This document shows positions 27,120-32,000 of a stretch of 32,000 nucleotides of DNA, one piece after another. Under the pieces are notes generated by a model. The model ran no database searches. It saw nothing but the letters and a program-made list of their open reading frames with translations, and was not told where the DNA came from. Source of the stretch: Halovivax gelatinilyticus (GTDB lineage: Archaea; Halobacteriota; Halobacteria; Halobacteriales; Natrialbaceae); assembly GCF_024300625.1 (NCBI RefSeq), contig NZ_CP101322.1:43992-75991 (forward strand). The letters run 5' to 3'. Within the stretch, counting starts at the first letter, position 1, and every line of letters starts with the position of its first letter. The position numbers and the translations under genes are program-made.

Positions 27120-28688
27120 TTAACACAGTAGCAGGTAGAGCCAGTATGGGAGTTTGATGATGCCGTCTTCGAGTGTTTCGATTGGGGGTTCGCCGCGGGG
27201 TGTGTCGCCGACGAGTACGATTCCGAGGGGTGAATCGTACGTCGTTTGGAACTCTTGGATCGCCGCGATCGCCGACTCGCGTGTGCCGGGTCGGTAGGCG
27301 AGGCCGATCGGGATTGGTGTCTCGTTGAGTTCGAAGACGAAGTCCACTTCGCCGTTGGATCCGCGCCAGTACTGGACGGTCGGGGTTGTGTCGATGTTTT
27401 GGGCGTGTTTGAGGCCGTAGGCGAAGCGCATGGTGTGGTCGAATCCTGCGATGCGTGCGAGATCGGCTTCGCGGTCGAAGTCCCCGCGGACGCTTGCTGC
27501 GTCGCCGCCGGTGAGCGCGGTTGCGAGTCCGGTGTCGCGCAGGTAGAGGCGGACCGATCGCGGGCGCTGGTTGTCGTACTCTGTGACGCCGGTCAGGAGG
27601 TATAGCTCGGAGAGGGCTGGGAGGTAGCTGTCGGCGATCGTTCGCCGGTCGACGTCGAGCAGGCTCGTCAGGTCGCGGTAGTCGATTGGTTCTGCACCGC
27701 AGTTGCGCGCGGCGAGTGCGCACAGTCGTTCGAGGTCGTCGATGGTTTTGATCGATTCGAAGCCGGGGATTTCTCGGTAGAGAGCGGATTTAACGTCTTC
27801 GCGTAGGGACTCGTACGCGTCCGGGTGCAGGTCGTCGGCGGATTCGACGACTCCGGCCTGGGCGTAGCTGATGACGCCGCCCATTGCGAGGTAATCGATG
27901 ACGCGTGACTGGATTCGTCGTTCGTCGTCGGCTACTTGCTGGTGTTTCGATCGGAGTTCCTCGACGAGTGCGTCCGGGTCGCCGCGTTCGACGGCGGTTG
28001 GGAGGCTGGTGTCGCCTGTTCGGATCGATGTTGGACTGATCCGGGTTGTTTCGTTTGCTTCGAGGTTCGGGTAGAGGGCGAAGATGTAGTCGCGGAATTT
28101 CTCTGGGAGGATGGGTTGGACGGCGTATGCTGACGATGGGACATCGGCTCGGTCGAATTCGCGTTGGATCTGGATTTCGGAGCTGGCGGTGACGGCGACG
28201 TGTCGGTCGGGTGCGTCTTCGAGCAGTTCGGCGACCACGGATCCCCAGCCGTCGACGTCCGGTTTGGTCGAGTGTTCGATCCGGTGGACGGCGTCGAGGA
28301 TGATGAAGTGCGATCCGTTCGCGTCTCCGCGGCCGAGGACACGGCTTTCGTAGTACCGGACGGCGCGTCGCAATTGGTCATCGGAGTGGAGCTGGTAGAG
28401 CGGGTCGGCGTCGAAGGGAAGGTAGAGAAATCGGGTCGGGTCGTCGCCGGCGTCGATGCGGTGGCGGATGAATTCGTACAGGAGCGTGGTTTTACCTGCG
28501 CCGCTGCGGCCGACGAGGGCCAGTACCGGTTGATCCTCGAATTGACTCCCGTCGGCGCCGGGGCGCGCGAGGTGGTAAAAGTCGCTTTTCTGCCTGGCGG
28601 GAAGCGTGAACGCTTCGGCGCCTGTTTCCCACCAGGGGTTGTGCTCGTGAAGGTCGCTTAGTAGCGCGTCGCCGGCGTCCGTCGTCAT
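27120..28688 (-). CDS. AAA_14/DUF4143-type archaeal ATPase
   Basis: Walker A LVGRSGAGKTTLLYEF, Walker B-like HFIILDAVHRI, YLAMGGVISYAQAG, LRDTGLATALTGG, EVDFVFELNETPIPIGLAYRPG. Confidence 0.82.
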   Translation of the reverse strand: MTTDAGDALLSDLHEHNPWWETGAEAFTLPARQKSDFYHLARPGADGSQFEDQPVLALVGRSGAGKTTLLYEFIRHRIDAGDDPTRFLYLPFDADPLYQLHSDDQLRRAVRYYESRVLGRGDANGSHFIILDAVHRIEHSTKPDVDGWGSVVAELLEDAPDRHVAVTASSEIQIQREFDRADVPSSAYAVQPILPEKFRDYIFALYPNLEANETTRISPTSIRTGDTSLPTAVERGDPDALVEELRSKHQQVADDERRIQSRVIDYLAMGGVISYAQAGVVESADDLHPDAYESLREDVKSALYREIPGFESIKTIDDLERLCALAARNCGAEPIDYRDLTSLLDVDRRTIADSYLPALSELYLLTGVTEYDNQRPRSVRLYLRDTGLATALTGGDAASVRGDFDREADLARIAGFDHTMRFAYGLKHAQNIDTTPTVQYWRGSNGEVDFVFELNETPIPIGLAYRPGTRESAIAAIQEFQTTYDSPLGIVLVGDTPRGEPPIETLEDGIIKLPYWLYLLLC

Positions 28689-28806
28689 TGGTGCGTTGGT
28701 GGCGAGAGAGTCCGCATCCTAATGGGTGTTTCGACCACTAATCCACCGGTTCGAGGGACCTAATTCGCTGATCAACCCGGTTGAACAGCCCATTACACTT
28801 CCTTAA

Positions 28807-28852
28807 CGAGTTAACAGACACTATGATGCTACTATTTACTCTGTTAAGCTCG
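28807..28852. repeat. Imperfect inverted repeat in the divergent intergenic region
   Basis: CGAGTTAACAG (28807-28817) and CTGTTAAGCTCG (28841-28852) are reverse complements except for one extra base, separated by 23 nt. Confidence 0.7.
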
Positions 28853-28875
28853 TGTCGAAGTTGCTAGCCGAAGAA

Positions 28876-28882
28876 TTTATAC
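28876..28882 (+). promoter_or_regulatory. TATA-like element upstream of the VWA gene
   Basis: TTTATAC in the intergenic region upstream of the VWA ORF. Confidence 0.35.
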
Positions 28883-29008
28883 AGTTATGAGACACACTGT
28901 TGATCGTGAAAATCATAGAAACCACACCGCAATGTGTTTTTCTTCGAAAGCCGGGTTCGACGGTCGGGGCGGGCTGGAAAGCGGGACGCGGAGGTGACGA
29001 CTGACGCT

Positions 29009-31090
29009 ATGACCGCGACGTACGACGACCTCGTCGACGGGATCCGCCTCGATCTCGACGTCGAACTCATCACCCGCCGCCCGGTCGACTGCGATGGCGT
29101 TCGACTCCACCGACTGCTCGTCGCCGACCAGCACGGTGAACACTTTCCGGTGCTGATCGCCTCGACCGCCGACCCGCACCACGACCTGAAGACCGGCGCC
29201 ACGTACCAGATGCAGGAACTGTACGCGTGCGACCCGCCCACCCGCGCCGGCGAGACGTCGATCGACTGTCCGGGCTGCGGTTCGCCGGTACGTGAAGCGG
29301 CTGGGATCGATGCGATCGATCCCGCGGTCGTCCGCGCGGCGGCCACGCTCGACATCGACCAGGCTTTCGGTGTGATCGACGAGCGGACGACCGTCTCCGT
29401 TGCCGGCGGTCGTGAAGAGCGGGTCGACGACTGGCGGCCGATGCCGACGAGCGAGGACGACACGCTCGACTACATCTGCGACGCGTGCGACCGGACGCTT
29501 CACGCGCGAGAGGTTCGAAACACCGGTGACGGAATCGCGCGCGTCGACATAGCTCACGACGCGGTCTGCTCACCGTCACCCGCCACGAACGCGTCAGCCC
29601 CGCCGACCCTCGGCCTCGCGGCAGGCGGAGCGTCCGATGCGACCAACTTCCGGAAAAACATCGAGCAAGGGTTCACACCTTTACCCGAGGCAATCAGCGA
29701 CGAGGGACTGTTTGCGGAGTACCACTTCGAGACGGGTGATCCGGTGGAGACCGACGCGCTGTTCGCACCTCGCTACGCGACCGCCGTGAGCGAGCATCCA
29801 CTCACGGGAGAGAGCGAACAGTACCTAGCGGTCGGGCTCGATTCGACCTTGACACCGGATGCGTTCGAGCGCCCGAGACTTGAGCTAGTGGTCGTCCTCG
29901 ACGTCTCCGGCTCGATGAACGCCTCGTTCGACACGTACTACTACGACCGTCACGGCCGCAAACGGTCGAACGAGGGTGACGGGACGACGAAACTGGAGGC
30001 GGCGAAACGCTCGCTGTGTGCGTTAACCGACCAGTTGCGCGACGGCGACCGGCTGGGCGTCGTGTTGTTCAACGAGCACGCACACGTGGCGAAGCCGATT
30101 CGCGACGTCGGCTCCACCGACGTGGACGCTATTCACCGGCACATCGACGAAGTCGCAGCCGGCGGCGGAACGAACCTCGCCGACGGATTCTCTGCGGCCG
30201 CCGACGTGCTGGGAGAAGGGAACCCGGATCCGGCGGTCGAACACCGGATCGTGTTCGCGACCGATATGATGCCGAACATCGGCACCACCGGGTCGTCGGA
30301 GTTAACGCGGTTAATCGCGGACGCGGCGGTCGATGGTATCCACACGACGTTTCTGGGCGTCGGCCTCGACGAGAACGCCGCACTCGCCGACCACCTCTCC
30401 GGTATCCGCGGCGCGAACCACCACTTCGTCCACTCGGCGACCGAGTTCGAGCGGCATCTCTGCGAGGCGTTCGAGTACATGGTCACGCCGCTCGTGTTCG
30501 ATCTCGGACTCGATCTCGTCACTGACGGATTCGAAGTACTCTCTGTCCACGGCTCGCCCGTCACAGACGACGCGACGGATCGCCTGATCGACGTCGGAAC
30601 GCTCTTTCCGGCCCCGAAACGGGACGACGCGGTTAAAGGAGGCATCGTACTGGTCCGACTGAACCAGCAAGAACCGGACGCTGATCTGGAACTGACCGCG
30701 TCGTGGACCGAGCGCGACGGGTTCACTCACGTCGAGCGCGCGAGCGTCAACGTCCCCGACGAGCCAGACGTGTACGCTGACGACGGCGTTCGCAAGGCGG
30801 TGGCGCTGGCTCGCTACGCTGGCGAACTAAGAGAATGGGCGGCCGACGTCCACGAGCGAGCGGATCCAGACGAAGTCGAGAGACGCATACCAATCAGCGG
30901 CGAACACGAGCGCGGATCCGTTCCGCTCACAGTCCCCGATCGGTGGGCGGATCGGTTTGATCGGCTTCATCGCTATCTAAATAACGAGCGGTCGGCAACC
31001 GCGGACGACTCTCTCAGACGAGAACTCGACTTGCTCGACGCGTTGACTCGCCGGGCGACCGACGTCTCGGCAGAACTGTGCGAGCAATAA
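29009..31090 (+). CDS. von Willebrand factor A (VWA) domain protein with paired CxxC zinc-ribbon-like motifs
   Basis: MIDAS LVVVLDVSGSMNAS, GGGTNLADGF, VFATDMMPNIG; CPGC...CDAC. Track start is GTG 28934; ATG 29009 (MTATYDDLV) is the more likely start. Confidence 0.85.
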   Translation: MTATYDDLVDGIRLDLDVELITRRPVDCDGVRLHRLLVADQHGEHFPVLIASTADPHHDLKTGATYQMQELYACDPPTRAGETSIDCPGCGSPVREAAGIDAIDPAVVRAAATLDIDQAFGVIDERTTVSVAGGREERVDDWRPMPTSEDDTLDYICDACDRTLHAREVRNTGDGIARVDIAHDAVCSPSPATNASAPPTLGLAAGGASDATNFRKNIEQGFTPLPEAISDEGLFAEYHFETGDPVETDALFAPRYATAVSEHPLTGESEQYLAVGLDSTLTPDAFERPRLELVVVLDVSGSMNASFDTYYYDRHGRKRSNEGDGTTKLEAAKRSLCALTDQLRDGDRLGVVLFNEHAHVAKPIRDVGSTDVDAIHRHIDEVAAGGGTNLADGFSAAADVLGEGNPDPAVEHRIVFATDMMPNIGTTGSSELTRLIADAAVDGIHTTFLGVGLDENAALADHLSGIRGANHHFVHSATEFERHLCEAFEYMVTPLVFDLGLDLVTDGFEVLSVHGSPVTDDATDRLIDVGTLFPAPKRDDAVKGGIVLVRLNQQEPDADLELTASWTERDGFTHVERASVNVPDEPDVYADDGVRKAVALARYAGELREWAADVHERADPDEVERRIPISGEHERGSVPLTVPDRWADRFDRLHRYLNNERSATADDSLRRELDLLDALTRRATDVSAELCEQ

Positions 31091-31322
31091 CGACGCCCGA
31101 ATCTTGATTGTAAACGAGTACTGTCGTCGAAGTTTTGATTTGGAACTCATCGAAGTTGGGGAGTGATTCGCCGTTCAACTGGGAGTACTAAGAAATATAC
31201 CGTGTCGTAACGCCTGTTTTCACTGTCGTCACTGTGAACTGGGGAAAAGCTGTCAATCCGTTAGGATTGAGCCCTAGGGTCGCATGTCGCCGTCACGTGC
31301 CGGGCCCACATTATTGTGAAAA

Positions 31323-31949
31323 TTATTCAATTACTAGTTCAGCTTCGAACATCATGTGAGGTTGTAACCAGGCGCTGCGTTCGCTTGACACAGCGACGTC
31401 CAGTGCGTCGATCACGGTTTCCGAAGCTGGTTGGCTGGAGAGGTCGAATTCGTCGAGGATGTTCTGTATGAGACGAGGTTTTGTCTCGCCTATGTTACGC
31501 ATCCAGAGCGTGGTTTTACCGACGCCCAGTGCTTGATCGTGGAGATAACTCCCGATGGCGGCTTCGGAAGCGCCAGCCCAACTGTCAGCGATGTGCGCAG
31601 CGATTTCCGTTGTATTTTGTTCCAATGTGGTGAGGTCAGATTGATCGAGGTCCGGTGAGGTTGCATCAAAATGCCGTTCAATTGCATCGTTGAGCGCGGA
31701 TGTGACTGTGTCTGAATCGAGTGGGTATTCCTCGATGGTCAGTCTGGTACCGCGTTGCAGCACGGTTTCGTTCTGGCCTTGTGTTGTGTAGGTGACTTGC
31801 CAGTGGACCCACTCCTCGTTCTTGAGTTGGGCGAGGTGGTACGTGATATTGTTCGTGCTGTCGTGAGTGCGGAGGTGTGTTGAGGATCGAATGGATTCAC
31901 CGTCAATTGTTACGGGTTGAGGGTGGTCGTCTTCTCGTTTCGAAGTCAT
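31323..31949 (-). CDS. Hypothetical haloarchaeal protein
   Basis: 208 aa acidic ORF; no recognisable motif. Confidence 0.5.
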   Translation of the reverse strand: MTSKREDDHPQPVTIDGESIRSSTHLRTHDSTNNITYHLAQLKNEEWVHWQVTYTTQGQNETVLQRGTRLTIEEYPLDSDTVTSALNDAIERHFDATSPDLDQSDLTTLEQNTTEIAAHIADSWAGASEAAIGSYLHDQALGVGKTTLWMRNIGETKPRLIQNILDEFDLSSQPASETVIDALDVAVSSERSAWLQPHMMFEAELVIE

Positions 31950-32000
31950 TATTGCAAACTAACTAACAGTCGGTCTGTCTTAAAGGTCAGCCGTGAGGAC

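Noticed and set aside
27094-30730. Shadow ORFs in the GC-rich region (27094-27723, 27932-28381, 28164-28661, 28913-29557, 29070-29579, 30133-30726)
   Set aside because: These are low-complexity Arg/Pro/Ser or Val/Gly-rich translations overlapping the ATPase and VWA genes, which have clear functional motifs.
1-32000. CRISPR arrays, tRNA or rRNA genes, transposases or integrases
   Set aside because: On reading, I saw no regularly spaced repeats, no convincing cloverleaf or rRNA sequence, and no recombinase motifs in the ORFs. Dedicated scans (tRNAscan-SE, Infernal, ISfinder) would be needed to be certain.

Overview
This looks like a haloarchaeal accessory island: acidic proteins, near-leaderless starts behind TATA-like boxes, and by-eye GC that is low to moderate over about 1-27 kb and clearly higher after about 27.1 kb. 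The main content is a putative archaeal 7-deazaguanine DNA modification/defence locus. On the minus strand there is a tightly overlapping preQ0 biosynthesis operon (queD-queE-folE-queC, 21111->18584). It is followed by a second translationally coupled set: a DUF6884-like protein, a short TGT/DpdA-like protein, a GHKL/HSP90-like ATPase, a small PD-(D/E)XK-like protein, and a second, longer TGT/DpdA-like protein. That longer protein combines intact TGT catalytic motifs with an ArcS-like PC-x3-KPY-x2-S-x2-H motif and has no evident PUA tail. Further along the same strand are an AddB/AddA-like helicase-nuclease pair, an EVE/PUA-like candidate base-reader protein, and an uncharacterised protein with a possible HEPN-like tail. 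The block is flanked on the plus strand by the C-terminal part of an SF2 helicase overlapping a single-HKD phospholipase-D protein (a DpdJ/DpdK-like arrangement), and by a large Dna2-like nuclease-helicase with a small Tudor/SH3-like partner. A winged-helix DUF7344-like protein sits next to queD. The last ~5 kb has an AAA ATPase with an altered Walker B motif, a VWA-domain protein and a hypothetical protein. No tRNA, rRNA, CRISPR array or transposase was identified. All family assignments come from reading motifs by eye; no searches were run.
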